From Patescibacteria group bacterium (GTDB taxonomy: Bacteria > Patescibacteriota > CPR2 > UBA1875 > CAIMLA01): 64,000 bases of DNA. This document shows positions 27,491 through 37,441 of this stretch, piece after piece (within the stretch, counting starts at the first letter, position 1; every line of letters begins with the position of its first letter). Location of the stretch: the NCBI GenBank assembly GCA_041738615.1, contig JBGSPL010000004.1:65203-129202 (forward strand), written 5' to 3'. The position numbers and the translations under genes were made by a program. Under the pieces are notes generated by a model. The model made no database searches, was not told the DNA's origin, and saw only the letters and a program-made list of their open reading frames with translations.

Positions 27491-28363
27491 ATGTACTATT
27501 ACATCATCAACCCGGCTTCGGGTGGTGGAAAAATTAATAAGGTTCAGGACAAGCTGAAAGATCGGCTCAAGGAGCTCGGGATTGCTGGCGAGTTTGTCAA
27601 AAGTACTGGCCCTGGGGACATCCCTAGGCTGACTCGCATGGCGATCGAGAAAGGCTACAAGACAATCGTGGCTGTTGGTGGTGATGGGACGATAAACGAG
27701 ATTATTAACTCCATCGGGACCACTGGCGTTGCTCTCGGAATCATTCCGCTTGGAGCGACCAATGAGCTCGCTGGCATGCTCGGGATTCCAGATTGGCAGA
27801 CGGCGTGCAACATTCTGGCGGCACGTAAAATCGAGGAAGTTGACCTCGGGATTATAAACGATAATGTTTTTGTTACCTCTGCGGCTATCGGCTTTGACAA
27901 CATCGTCTTCGACCTCAAGCGGAATATGACTACGGGTGCACTTGGTAGATTCAGCTTTCTTACGAAGCTTTCGGCTGCGATCAAGGGGTTCAAACCAGTA
28001 CGTTTAACGCTAGATTTTGATAAGAAATACACCGTCGACACCGATTGTTTCAACTTTTCGCTTTCGAACAGCGCTTTCTATCACTTTTTACCACAGGTTG
28101 TAAGGCCTCAGGATAACATGCTAGATGCCATTCTCGTGGGTCAGCTTGGCTTCTCGGATGCACTCAAGTATGGCCAGGATAACCTAGATCTTTCCAAACG
28201 TCCCGGGCAAGTCTCGATTTTTCATACTCGTAAAATCACTATTACCTCACCAAAGCCAGTACCGGTGAGTGCGGACGGTAAGATCGTGGCTCATACGCCG
28301 GTAACAATCCGGGTCTCCGACAAAAAACTGAAGGTAATTGTCTCTAGGAAGCGCCAGTTCTAG
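27491..28363 (+). CDS. diacylglycerol kinase catalytic-domain lipid kinase (YegS/DagK-like)
   Basis: IINPASGGG..., VAVGGDGTINE (GGDGT) motifs. Confidence 0.8.
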   Translation: MYYYIINPASGGGKINKVQDKLKDRLKELGIAGEFVKSTGPGDIPRLTRMAIEKGYKTIVAVGGDGTINEIINSIGTTGVALGIIPLGATNELAGMLGIPDWQTACNILAARKIEEVDLGIINDNVFVTSAAIGFDNIVFDLKRNMTTGALGRFSFLTKLSAAIKGFKPVRLTLDFDKKYTVDTDCFNFSLSNSAFYHFLPQVVRPQDNMLDAILVGQLGFSDALKYGQDNLDLSKRPGQVSIFHTRKITITSPKPVPVSADGKIVAHTPVTIRVSDKKLKVIVSRKRQF

Positions 28364-28370
28364 CCTATCG

Positions 28371-28399
28371 TTGACATTTGCACTTATTTTTGATAGAAT
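28371..28399 (+). promoter_or_regulatory. consensus sigma70-type promoter TTGACA-17-TAGAAT upstream of infC
   Basis: ttgaca 28371..28376, 17-nt spacer, tagaat 28394..28399. Confidence 0.6.
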
Positions 28400-28425
28400 T
28401 AACCACAGTTTTTTGGGAGAAAAAG

Positions 28426-28953
28426 ATAGAAAAAAAGACCCGCATTAACCAACAGATTCGCGTATCAGAAGTACGACTTATTTCTCATGATGGCGAGCAG
28501 GTTGGTGTTGTGCCTACCTCCACTGCACTAGCAATGGCAGAAGAGGTCGGTCTTGACCTTGTCGAAGTTTCGCCAAATGCAGCTCCACCGGTTGCCAAAA
28601 TCCTAGATTGGGGCAAATACAAGTACGAGCAGCAGAAACAACAGGCAAAAGCTAAAGCCAAACAAAAGACTACTGAACTCAAGGGAATTCGCCTCGGTGT
28701 AAAAATCGGAGCACATGACCTCGATACCAAGCTCAAAAATGCGGAGAAATTTCTCGGCAAAGATGACAAGGTGAAGTTCGCCCTACGCTTTCGTGGACGA
28801 GAAATTGTACACAAAGAGCTTGGAGAAAAGATTCTTCTGAATGTAGCAGAGAGACTCTCGGAGATTTCCGAAGTCGAGCAGAAGCCTACATTTGCCGGAC
28901 GTGAGATGACACTCATCGTTGCGCCCAAAAAGACCAAAGGTTCAAAAGAGTAA
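28426..28953 (+). CDS. infC: translation initiation factor IF-3; probable non-ATG start (AUA 28426 or AUU 28444)
   Basis: INQQIRVSEVRLISHDGEQVGVVPTSTALAMAEEVGLDLVEVSP..., IF-3 N- and C-domain signatures; SD gggag at 28415..28419; the ORF-track ATG at 28378 lies inside the promoter. Confidence 0.8.
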   Translation: MEKKTRINQQIRVSEVRLISHDGEQVGVVPTSTALAMAEEVGLDLVEVSPNAAPPVAKILDWGKYKYEQQKQQAKAKAKQKTTELKGIRLGVKIGAHDLDTKLKNAEKFLGKDDKVKFALRFRGREIVHKELGEKILLNVAERLSEISEVEQKPTFAGREMTLIVAPKKTKGSKE

Positions 28954-29022
28954 TATATAAAGTTTGTAAGTCCGAAGTTCGTTCAGTTTCTGAGGTCCCG
29001 AGGATAAGTACAGGAGGCATTT

Positions 29023-29220
29023 ATGCCAAAGATGAAAACACATAGTGGTGCTGCAAAGAGATTTACCATCACAAAGACCGGTAAGATGAAGCGTGAAAAC
29101 GCGTTTGCTAACCATCTTTTGGAGCACAAAACTCAGGATCAGAAACGTGGTTATCGCGGCACTTCGAATGTCTCTGCTGCTGATCGCAAGAATGTTAAGA
29201 AAATGTTGGGAGTCGGTTAA
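29023..29220 (+). CDS. rpmI: 50S ribosomal protein L35
   Basis: MPKMKTHSGAAKRF..KTGK L35 signature. Confidence 0.9.
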   Translation: MPKMKTHSGAAKRFTITKTGKMKRENAFANHLLEHKTQDQKRGYRGTSNVSAADRKNVKKMLGVG

Positions 29221-29561
29221 TGAGAGTTAAGAGAGGCGTTACAAGCCACGCAAAACACAAAAAGGTTATGGCCCAGACAAAGGGCATGAGCAAGATTCGC
29301 CGAAGTAGTATCAAGAAGGCAAAAGAAGCTCTAATGAAGGCATGGGCCTACCAGTACCGCGATCGACGTAATATGAAGCGTGATTTTCGTGCTCTTTGGA
29401 TTACCCGTGTCGGAAACGCGGCCAAAGCTTCTGGAATGTCATATTCTCGATTTATAGCTGCCCTCAAGGCAAACAAGATTGATCTAGACCGCAAGGTTCT
29501 TGCTGAGGTTGCTGTGAATCATCCTACAGTTTTCGAAAAGATTGTAGAGAAGGTAAAGTAG
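29220..29561 (+). CDS. rplT: 50S ribosomal protein L20
   Basis: MRVKRGVTSHAKHKKV... L20 signature; stop/start overlap with rpmI. Confidence 0.9.
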   Translation: MRVKRGVTSHAKHKKVMAQTKGMSKIRRSSIKKAKEALMKAWAYQYRDRRNMKRDFRALWITRVGNAAKASGMSYSRFIAALKANKIDLDRKVLAEVAVNHPTVFEKIVEKVK

Positions 29562-29755
29562 TGAAAATCTGGGACTGCAAATGCACAGAGTGTAAAGCAG
29601 AGTTTCAAGCAGTACTTGAAGGCGCTGACGATGTCGTAGAATGTCCTTCTTGTAACTCGAAGAAAGTGGACCTCACAGAGACCGAGATGGAGTTTGGCTG
29701 CGGTGGCGGTTGCGGCAGTTGCGGCGGCGGTTGCGGTTCTGCTGACGCAGAGTAA
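29561..29755 (+). CDS. FmdB-family zinc-ribbon putative regulatory protein with Gly/Cys-rich C-terminus
   Basis: CKCTEC...CPSCNS then GCGGGCGSCGGGCGS tail. Confidence 0.65.
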   Translation: MKIWDCKCTECKAEFQAVLEGADDVVECPSCNSKKVDLTETEMEFGCGGGCGSCGGGCGSADAE

Positions 29756-29781
29756 CTAGGCGCTAGGAATTAGTGAAAAGT

Positions 29782-29807
29782 AAAAAGGACTCGGAGAGTC
29801 CTTTTTT
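29782..29807. terminator. bidirectional intrinsic terminator
   Basis: ggactc-gga-gagtcc followed by tttttt. Confidence 0.75.
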
Positions 29808-29866
29808 GATATTTGTTATGTTTTGTTATTACTAGTTCCTATTACCTAGCTACTATTTACTGCCCG

Positions 29867-31054
29867 TTATTCGTAACGTAGGGCTTCGAGCGGGTCTAGC
29901 TTAGCAGCGCGTCGCGCTGGTAGGATACCAGCTACTGTACTGATAAAGAAAGCGAAACCGACCACAAACCCAGCAAACCATAGTGGGGTAGCGAAGAGGC
30001 TGACCGCAGGACCGTCCAGGCTGACCGCAACGAAGTTGATCATTAGGTTTATACCTTTACCTAGGAGCCACCCTGTGGATACGCCTATCAGTCCGCCAAA
30101 GAGTCCAATCATAGAAGCTTCTGCTGTAAAGACGAACGCGACATCGCTGTTTCTACCACCGATAGCCTTCATGACACCAATCTCATGTGTACGTTCCAGG
30201 AGCGCAATGGTAAGGGTATTGAAGATGCCGATGGCCGCAACCATCAGGGCGATAAAGCCGAAACCTCCCAGTACGAATTTCACGATCGTAAAGACCTGAT
30301 TGATCTGATCAACCGTATCAGTCACTGAGTTTGTCGGATAACCCATACTTTCGACCGCCTTGCGAATTTCCATCATTGACTCTCGCTTTTCAATCTTGAT
30401 CTTCACTTTGCTATAGGTACTCCCTTGGAATTTGTCGAGTACCTTGATCGGTGTGTAGGCAAACTTGGTAGCGTCATCCTTTGAGATACCGATGATCTTT
30501 AGCTTGAGGGTGCTCTCCTCTTTCTTGTCGTTGGAAATAATCTTAACAACCTTTACGCTCAGCTCCTGGCCTAGTGCTTTTGCCGGGTCTGTAAGCTTCA
30601 GAGCCTTTAGACTTGCAATCGAGATGATTGTCTCGTTGGCGGTGTCGCTAGAGAAGGTTTTACTGCCGTAGTCGGCCGTGATGTCTTCGAGGTTTAGGTA
30701 TTTGGGGTTCACGCCGTAGGCGATAGTATCACCACTGTCTGTTGCGGTACTAATGCTTGCTGGGTAGCTAAGAATAGGGCTAATGTCGGTGACGCCCTCG
30801 ATCCCTTTGAACTTCGTTACGGCGTCACTGTTTAGGAGCGTGTTTTCCTTTTGACTTGTATTTACGGTAAGTAGGGTAAGGGCGTCGAGGTTTGCTACCT
30901 TGCTGACGGCTAGTTCTTGCATCCCGAAACCTAGTGAAACAAGGAAGACGATAGCTCCAATACCAACAACCACGCCGGAAATAGTAAGTACTGTTCGTAG
31001 CATATTGCGGCGTAGATTGCCGAAAGAAAGGCGAAGGATGTCAATTATTTTCAC
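29867..31054 (-). CDS. ABC transporter permease, FtsX/MacB family
   Basis: N-terminal TM, large extracytoplasmic domain, C-terminal 3-TM FtsX domain, terminal DPLEALRYE. Confidence 0.85.
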   Translation of the reverse strand: MKIIDILRLSFGNLRRNMLRTVLTISGVVVGIGAIVFLVSLGFGMQELAVSKVANLDALTLLTVNTSQKENTLLNSDAVTKFKGIEGVTDISPILSYPASISTATDSGDTIAYGVNPKYLNLEDITADYGSKTFSSDTANETIISIASLKALKLTDPAKALGQELSVKVVKIISNDKKEESTLKLKIIGISKDDATKFAYTPIKVLDKFQGSTYSKVKIKIEKRESMMEIRKAVESMGYPTNSVTDTVDQINQVFTIVKFVLGGFGFIALMVAAIGIFNTLTIALLERTHEIGVMKAIGGRNSDVAFVFTAEASMIGLFGGLIGVSTGWLLGKGINLMINFVAVSLDGPAVSLFATPLWFAGFVVGFAFFISTVAGILPARRAAKLDPLEALRYE

Positions 31055-32055
31055 TCTTTTGGCTCCTCTGTTTCAGTAGTGGCTTCAGCGTCATTCGCCG
31101 CTGGTTCCACAGTAGTAGTTTCCGTTTCTGTGATTGTAGTTTCGGTATCGGTAGGCTCGGTGGTGTTCGTCTCGGGAATCATCTCTTCGGTTTCCGGTTC
31201 TTCCTCTTCAGTCTTTTTCTTTGATTTCTTGCCTGTTTTTGTCTTCATACCATCATCTGCATTACTGTTGCCGGCTTTCACAGCACCAATCTCTTTGGCA
31301 ACTTCCTTAAGATCATCACTGATGTGTTCAACGCTGTCGACGTCTTCCTCGGTCTTTACCTTGCTATTGACCTGGGTCTTTACTACTTTCCCGTCCTGCA
31401 TAAAGAAGATACGGTCAGCGTAGTCTAGGTACTCTGGGTTATGGGTAATGAGGATAACGGTACGTTTGGATTTACGGTTAAGGGAGATCAGAAGTCTCAT
31501 GACTTCGTTTGCTGATTTCGAGTCCAGATTACCTGTTGGCTCGTCGGCAAGCATAATCCAAGGCGCCGTGACCAGGCTTCTTGCTATAGCAACTCTTTGT
31601 TGCTGTCCTCCTGAGAGCTGTGAGGATGTGTGGTCGGCATATTTTGCTAGCCCTACCGTTTCGAGTAGGCTCTTTGCCCTGGCAATACGCTGAGATTTGG
31701 AAATCCGAGCAAAAGTGAGCGGAAGCGCAATGTTTTCGATGATATTCATGGAAGGGATGAGGTTGAATGACTGGAAGACGATCCCAATCTTGGACCTACG
31801 GTACTTGGCTAGACCTTCGTTATCTAGAGTGGAGAGCTTATCTCCACGGACATAGACTTCGCCTGTGCTTGGCTTTTGAAGGCCAGCAATGATAGAAAGT
31901 AGAGTAGATTTGCCGCAACCAGACTGTCCAAATATACAAATAAACTCCCCCGAGTAAATCTCAAGATTTACTCCTTGTAGAGCTTTTACTTCGACATCGC
32001 CGAGCTGATATGTTTTTGAGACATTGACAGCCTTGAAGACTGGTACTTTTGCCAT
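31051..32055 (-). CDS. ABC transporter ATP-binding protein (MacB/LolD-type) with about 90-aa Thr/Glu-rich disordered C-terminal tail
   Basis: Walker [10 protein letters not shown], signature [13 protein letters not shown], Walker [13 protein letters not shown]. Confidence 0.9.
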   Translation of the reverse strand: MAKVPVFKAVNVSKTYQLGDVEVKALQGVNLEIYSGEFICIFGQSGCGKSTLLSIIAGLQKPSTGEVYVRGDKLSTLDNEGLAKYRRSKIGIVFQSFNLIPSMNIIENIALPLTFARISKSQRIARAKSLLETVGLAKYADHTSSQLSGGQQQRVAIARSLVTAPWIMLADEPTGNLDSKSANEVMRLLISLNRKSKRTVILITHNPEYLDYADRIFFMQDGKVVKTQVNSKVKTEEDVDSVEHISDDLKEVAKEIGAVKAGNSNADDGMKTKTGKKSKKKTEEEEPETEEMIPETNTTEPTDTETTITETETTTVEPAANDAEATTETEEPKE

Positions 32056-32119
32056 AAACCCTCACTACTAGACTAAGTATAAAGGATTTTAGAAAAAGTA
32101 AAAAGTATTTTACGGTTCC

Positions 32120-33643
32120 CTAGAGTGCAAATCTCTGCTTTGGGCGATACTGAAGCGCCTCTGCGATATGAGAGGGTTTGATGTTTTCGCTTCCCTCAAG
32201 GTCTGCTATGGTTCTCCCAAGCTTTAAGATCCGATGATAACCACGCGCCGAAAGCCCAAGCTGTTTGCTAGCAGCAAGGAGTAGATTATTCCCCTCTGTA
32301 TTGAGTCGACAATATTCTTTGATATCAGAGAGTGACATTTCGCTATTGGTGACCGCTTTGCTGCCTCTCAGTCTCGCCCGCTGCACTTCGCGAGCAGCCT
32401 TTACCCGAGAAAGTATTTGCAGGGATGGTTCTGCGCTTCTATTGTCGACCAGCTTTTGGTGGTCCACCCTAGGTACTTCGAGATGAATGTCGATCCGGTC
32501 AAGAAGTGGCCCGGAAACCTTCTTCTGATATTTCACTATCTGCCCCAAGGTACAGGTACACTGTCTCTCTGGGTCTGTAGAGTAACCACAGGGGCACGGA
32601 TTCTGGGCTGCGACCAAGATAAACTTCGCCGGGAAATCTAGGCTGCCATTGGCTCTAGAGATTGTTATAGTCCCTTCCTCTAGGGGTTGTCTCATGACCT
32701 CTAGTACCGCCCGAGGAAACTCCGGTAACTCATCGAGAAAGAGGACACCGCGATGCGAGAGACTTATCTCGCCTGGTTTTGGCCAGCTACCGCCACCAAT
32801 AAGCGCCACACCACTGGTCGTATGATGGGGACTACGATAGGGGCGTGTCCGAATGAGAGAACTTTGTTTGTTGAGAGCCCCAGCAACGGAGTAAATCTTT
32901 GTTACCTCCAAGGCTTCCTCGTAACATAGAGGCGGTAGGATAGAGCAGAGAGCCTTGGCAAGCAGAGTTTTGCCGGAACCAGGAGGTCCGTCCATCAGAA
33001 GGTTGTGTCCGCCAGCGGCGGCAATCTCTAATGCTCGTTTGGCGTGCTCTTGTCCGATTACCTGGGCAAAGTCAATCTCGTATTTTTCCGTATCCTGATC
33101 TTTGAAAGGGGAGAAAGGGGAGATAGCTAGCGGTACTTCTTTTCGAAAATGGTTGATGAGATCAATGAGAGAATTAGCCCCGTATATTTCTATACCATCT
33201 ACGACAGTCGCTTCGGCAATATTGATCGCTGGTACGACGATTGAATCAAATCCGAGGTCGCGTGCTGCAACTACAGTCGTCAGGATGCCGTTTGTATGTC
33301 TCAGTTTGCCATCGAGTGACAGTTCGCCGACAAATATATACTTACTAGGATCGAAATCTATCTGCCCGCTTGCAAGCAATATGCCGATGGCAATAGGGAG
33401 GTCGTAGGCCGGGCCTTCCTTGCGAATGTCGGCCGGAGCTAGGTTTACAGTAATCCTTTTCTGGGGAAAGGTGGTGTCGCAGTTCTTGAGTGCGCTGCGG
33501 ACCCGTTCCTTGGATTCCTCGACCGCCTTATCGGGCAAACCGACTATCATGAATCCTGGCAGACCACCAGAAAGATCGACTTCTACCTCTACCTTTTCTG
33601 CGGCAAGCCCAATGACTGCTACCGAACTTATTTTTGCAAGCAT
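32120..33643 (-). CDS. YifB/ComM family Mg-chelatase-like AAA+ ATPase
   Basis: GPPGSGKT Walker A and ComM-type domain order. Confidence 0.85.
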   Translation of the reverse strand: MLAKISSVAVIGLAAEKVEVEVDLSGGLPGFMIVGLPDKAVEESKERVRSALKNCDTTFPQKRITVNLAPADIRKEGPAYDLPIAIGILLASGQIDFDPSKYIFVGELSLDGKLRHTNGILTTVVAARDLGFDSIVVPAINIAEATVVDGIEIYGANSLIDLINHFRKEVPLAISPFSPFKDQDTEKYEIDFAQVIGQEHAKRALEIAAAGGHNLLMDGPPGSGKTLLAKALCSILPPLCYEEALEVTKIYSVAGALNKQSSLIRTRPYRSPHHTTSGVALIGGGSWPKPGEISLSHRGVLFLDELPEFPRAVLEVMRQPLEEGTITISRANGSLDFPAKFILVAAQNPCPCGYSTDPERQCTCTLGQIVKYQKKVSGPLLDRIDIHLEVPRVDHQKLVDNRSAEPSLQILSRVKAAREVQRARLRGSKAVTNSEMSLSDIKEYCRLNTEGNNLLLAASKQLGLSARGYHRILKLGRTIADLEGSENIKPSHIAEALQYRPKQRFAL

Positions 33644-33765
33644 ATTTCCCTCCCAAATAATACTTATCTGAAAGGATAATAGAGCTTAGTACTATACAAT
33701 ACTAGTATACAGATTTAATTTCGAGTTTTGAATTTCTAATTTCGGGTAAAGTAGGGGCTGATTTA

Positions 33766-34338
33766 TTAATATTTTGAGTAATAATCGCGAGTTTTGAGAA
33801 AATCCTTTGAAAGGGGCTTGCCCAGAGACTCTATGTATTTTGTCATTTCTCCATTTATTAGGTTAATCGTATGGCCCCGAGAAACCAGCATTTGAGCACG
33901 TATTACTCGGAATTCATCCTGTTCGGCCGTAGATTCGACAAAGTCTGCGATAAATACAATTTCTTCTATCGGTGACATCTCGGCCCGACCGGTCGTATGC
34001 GAAGCTATGGCAGATAGAATTTCTAGGTCGTTGATGTCTAGTTCCTGTTTACAAATATGTGCCGCGATTTTGGCATGACTCAGAATATTGTCCTGAGTTT
34101 CATCGTCTGTTGTCGCCAACTTGTGTTTGCTAACATATTCTGTACGCTCGCCATTGCTCCAATCCCTCGCTAGGTCATGGAGAGCGCCAGCTACCCAGGC
34201 TTTTTCTGGATTGATATTGTAAACAAGCGCGAGCTTTACTGCCAGTTCTGCCACCCCGAGTGAGTGGCAGGCTCGATCTTTACTAACATGGTATTTCCTA
34301 TATATGTCGGCAATATTGTCTTTAGTTATCTTTATCAT
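33766..34338 (-). CDS. HD-domain protein, YqeK-like bis(5'-nucleosyl)-tetraphosphatase
   Basis: HSLGVAE...ALHDLAR motifs. Confidence 0.65.
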   Translation of the reverse strand: MIKITKDNIADIYRKYHVSKDRACHSLGVAELAVKLALVYNINPEKAWVAGALHDLARDWSNGERTEYVSKHKLATTDDETQDNILSHAKIAAHICKQELDINDLEILSAIASHTTGRAEMSPIEEIVFIADFVESTAEQDEFRVIRAQMLVSRGHTINLINGEMTKYIESLGKPLSKDFLKTRDYYSKY

Positions 34339-34344
34339 GTGCCC

Positions 34345-35142
34345 CTAGATGCTTACGGTTTTTGCAGTTTCGGCTCGTTTTATCGCCGCGTCGTGGGCTG
34401 CGATCTCGATGGAGTCATCGAGAACAGTCAACGGCTCTACATTGCCATAGCGGCGATAAAGGGCGCACTGGATCAGGTGGTCTGTAAACCAAGGGTTCTT
34501 GGGCAGCAAGCTGCCATGGAGGTAGGTGCCGTAGGCGTTCTTGTAGATGGCTCCTTCGTAGCTACCATCTCCTTTATTGCCGAAGCCACGAGTCACATAG
34601 CCGAGAGGCTTGGTGTCCCCTGCGATTACGGTTTGACCGCTGTGGTTTTCGAAACCGACGAGGGTATTGTGCCCGCTAGCAGTAGGGGGCGTTTTGAACT
34701 GATTTTCCCATTCGGTAAGGGTATGCGAGATATCAATAACAACATTACCAATTAAGCGCTTGTTTCCTGCGACTGTTGTGGCGTCAAAGACGCCGACGCC
34801 CGGTATTTTGTCTCCGGTATTGGTCTGAAAGTAGTGACCAAAGAGCTGAAAACCGCCACAAATCAGTAGAGCTGCGGCGCCTTCGTCGATAGCTTCCTTG
34901 ATAGCTGGTCCCTTGGCTACTAGATCGCTAGTGACAATCTTTTGACCGCTGTCTTGGCCACCACCCATATAAATCAGGTCGGCTTTTTGGAAGTCTACGC
35001 TGTCGCCGACGTGAACGTTTACGACTTCTGTCTCGATACCACGCCACTCGCAGCGCCTAGTGATGGCAATAATGTTACCTAGGTCTCCATAGAGATTCAT
35101 GGCATCTGGGTAGAGGTGGAATATTGTAATCTTCTTGGCCAT
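34345..35142 (-). CDS. gatD: lipid II isoglutaminyl synthase glutaminase subunit GatD-like (type 1 glutamine amidotransferase)
   Basis: CobQ/CobB-type GATase with LLICGGFQLFG and H..G motifs; immediately downstream of MurT-like gene (1-nt overlap). Confidence 0.7.
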   Translation of the reverse strand: MAKKITIFHLYPDAMNLYGDLGNIIAITRRCEWRGIETEVVNVHVGDSVDFQKADLIYMGGGQDSGQKIVTSDLVAKGPAIKEAIDEGAAALLICGGFQLFGHYFQTNTGDKIPGVGVFDATTVAGNKRLIGNVVIDISHTLTEWENQFKTPPTASGHNTLVGFENHSGQTVIAGDTKPLGYVTRGFGNKGDGSYEGAIYKNAYGTYLHGSLLPKNPWFTDHLIQCALYRRYGNVEPLTVLDDSIEIAAHDAAIKRAETAKTVSI

Positions 35143-36509
35143 TATTCTAAGTACCCTTTCACGAGATGTCTATTTGCCAGGATTCTGCGTATCTCGAGCA
35201 TAGCAGTATATGTTGGTAGGATATATAGAGTCTCTCCGTCCTTGGTCATGGAGAGAGCAGAGTCGAGCGCCGCAGCCGTATTTTTCTCGAGAGTAATGCC
35301 TTTGGTACTAAAGCCCGCATATTTGAATCGGAGAAGCATGTCCTCGGCGCGGATCCCGGCGATGGTGACTGGTCCTAGGTGGTCCTTTAGGATTTCCATT
35401 TCGGAATCCCAAATCCAGGAAATGTCTGTCCCATCTGCAAAGTTGTCGTTTAGGGCAATGAGGAGATTCTTTTTATTATCATCAAAGGTGAGGGTTTCGA
35501 TGGTTTGTGTGAACCCAGTAGGGTTCTTCACGAGCATCAGGAAGATGTTTTTGTTGCCTACGGCGATTTTTTCCATCCTTCCAAATGCGGCTGAGACATT
35601 GGTGAGAGCGTAGGCGATAGATTGCCCGGGGATGCCGTAAAAGTCAGCAACCGCAGCGGCAGTGAGGGCATTGTAGAGGTTGTATAGACCAGGTAGGGTG
35701 ACTTGGATTCTCGTCTTGTGACGAGCTTCTGCAAACGTAGCTCCAGACATTTCGGTTTGCAGATTCAGCTCAGTAAGGGCGTAGTGTAGCTTAGGTCTAG
35801 CGAGGCCACAATTTGGACATTTGTAGTTTCCGAGATGTCCAAAATATCTTGGTGTGAAGGTAAGCTCATGGCCACAGACTAGGCAAGTGCGACTGTCGAT
35901 AGCACCCGTGGACTTGGTGGTGTATTTGTCATTGATGCCAAAGTAAAGTGCCTTCGGATTGTCGTTGCCAAGACTAGCAACTAGCGGATCGTCTGCGTTT
36001 AGGAGTAGTGTTGCCTCGGGAGCCATCTTGATGGCCTTCTCGATGATTGCCGCTGTTTTGTCGACTTCACCATATCTGTCCAGTTGGTCCCGAAAAAGGT
36101 TGGTTACGACGATCATTTTTGGCTTTACTAGGGCCACAATCTCTGGCATCGTGGCTTCGTCTACCTCGAAGAGGCCGACCTCGCCGTCTATCTTGGTGCC
36201 CCAGAAGTTCGTCTTTTGGATAAGAAAAGAAGCAATTCCCCGGGCGAGATTGCTGCCGCTGAAGTTATAAATTACTTTATGTCCCGCCGCTTCCAGGATG
36301 CCAGCAATCATCTTACTGCTAGTAGTTTTTCCATTTGTACCGGTAACTAGGATGATACCGCCCGGGAGCATCTCGGAGAGTTTTGTAATAATAGCTGGAT
36401 CTACTTTTTGAGCAACGAGACCTGGGAGTGCAGAGCCGCTGCCTTTCCCGGTACTTTGGCTAAGAGCTCTAGCAAACTCGGCTATTAGAATGGCAAAGAA
36501 TTTACGCAT
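35142..36509 (-). CDS. murT: MurT-like Mur-ligase-domain protein (lipid II isoglutaminyl synthase ligase subunit)
   Basis: VTGTNGKTT P-loop, CxxC...CxxC zinc ribbon, C-terminal DUF1727-like region. Confidence 0.75.
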   Translation of the reverse strand: MRKFFAILIAEFARALSQSTGKGSGSALPGLVAQKVDPAIITKLSEMLPGGIILVTGTNGKTTSSKMIAGILEAAGHKVIYNFSGSNLARGIASFLIQKTNFWGTKIDGEVGLFEVDEATMPEIVALVKPKMIVVTNLFRDQLDRYGEVDKTAAIIEKAIKMAPEATLLLNADDPLVASLGNDNPKALYFGINDKYTTKSTGAIDSRTCLVCGHELTFTPRYFGHLGNYKCPNCGLARPKLHYALTELNLQTEMSGATFAEARHKTRIQVTLPGLYNLYNALTAAAVADFYGIPGQSIAYALTNVSAAFGRMEKIAVGNKNIFLMLVKNPTGFTQTIETLTFDDNKKNLLIALNDNFADGTDISWIWDSEMEILKDHLGPVTIAGIRAEDMLLRFKYAGFSTKGITLEKNTAAALDSALSMTKDGETLYILPTYTAMLEIRRILANRHLVKGYLE

Positions 36510-36535
36510 GAGCTAATTATATATCAAAAAGCTGG

Positions 36536-37441
36536 CTAGTGCGAAGCGAGGAAGTTGTTTATAGCTTTTTCTGCTGCCGGCATAGAGTCCACCCATAGAA
36601 TATCAGGATTCCGGCGAAACCAAGTGAGCTGTTTCTTCGCAAGATTGCGGTCACCTTGTTTGAACTTCTCAATGGCTTCATCTCGGGAAATTTCACCTCG
36701 CAGAAAACGAGTGAACTGCTTGTATCCTATACCGCTCATCCCTGGAGCATCACTGCCATACTCTGCGTTTAGGTTTTCTACCTCTTTTTCGAATCCAGCT
36801 GACAGCCAGGTCTCAACACGTTTGTTGAGCTTGTTGTACAGCGTGGCACGGTCTACGCTTATCGCGAGGTATAGTACATTATCTGGTAGCGGATCTCTTG
36901 ATTCTTGTACTACCTTACCTTTTCCGGTTTGTTCTAGCACTTCTAGGGCCCTTATAGTGCGACGTTTGTTGCGAGGATCTATGGTAATTGCTGTTTCGGG
37001 ATCATTCTTTTTAAGTATTTCGTATAATTCTTCGGCCGATTGCCCCTCAAGCATTCCACGATATGCTTCGTCTAATTTCCCGGCAGGAGAGAAGTTGTAA
37101 ATGAGTGAGTCGATATATAAACCAGTACCACCTACCACAAAGGGTATTTTACCTTGTTTCCATATTTCGGTAAGTTTATCTTTTGCCTTAGCTTGAAACT
37201 CTACCAAGCTAAAGCTCTCATCGGGCGCAACCAGATCGAACAAGTGATGAGGTATACCATTCATTTCTTCAATGGTTGGTTTACCGGTGCCCAAATTCAT
37301 CTTTTTGTAAATACTACGTGAGTCAGCATTAATTACTTCGCCACCATATTTGCCTGCCAATGCAACAGCTAGAGCTGTTTTACCGCTGGCTGTGGGCCCT
37401 GTAATTACGATTATCGGTTTATTTAGGGACTTCATTCTCAA
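36536..37441 (-). CDS. miaA: tRNA dimethylallyltransferase
   Basis: ITGPTASGKTALA P-loop, IPT family motifs. Confidence 0.9.
   Translation of the reverse strand: MRMKSLNKPIIVITGPTASGKTALAVALAGKYGGEVINADSRSIYKKMNLGTGKPTIEEMNGIPHHLFDLVAPDESFSLVEFQAKAKDKLTEIWKQGKIPFVVGGTGLYIDSLIYNFSPAGKLDEAYRGMLEGQSAEELYEILKKNDPETAITIDPRNKRRTIRALEVLEQTGKGKVVQESRDPLPDNVLYLAISVDRATLYNKLNKRVETWLSAGFEKEVENLNAEYGSDAPGMSGIGYKQFTRFLRGEISRDEAIEKFKQGDRNLAKKQLTWFRRNPDILWVDSMPAAEKAINNFLASH

Noticed and set aside
28378-28425. ATG 28378 as the infC start
   Set aside because: It falls inside the 17-nt spacer of the TTGACA/TAGAAT promoter and would be untranscribed. The IF-3 homology begins downstream.
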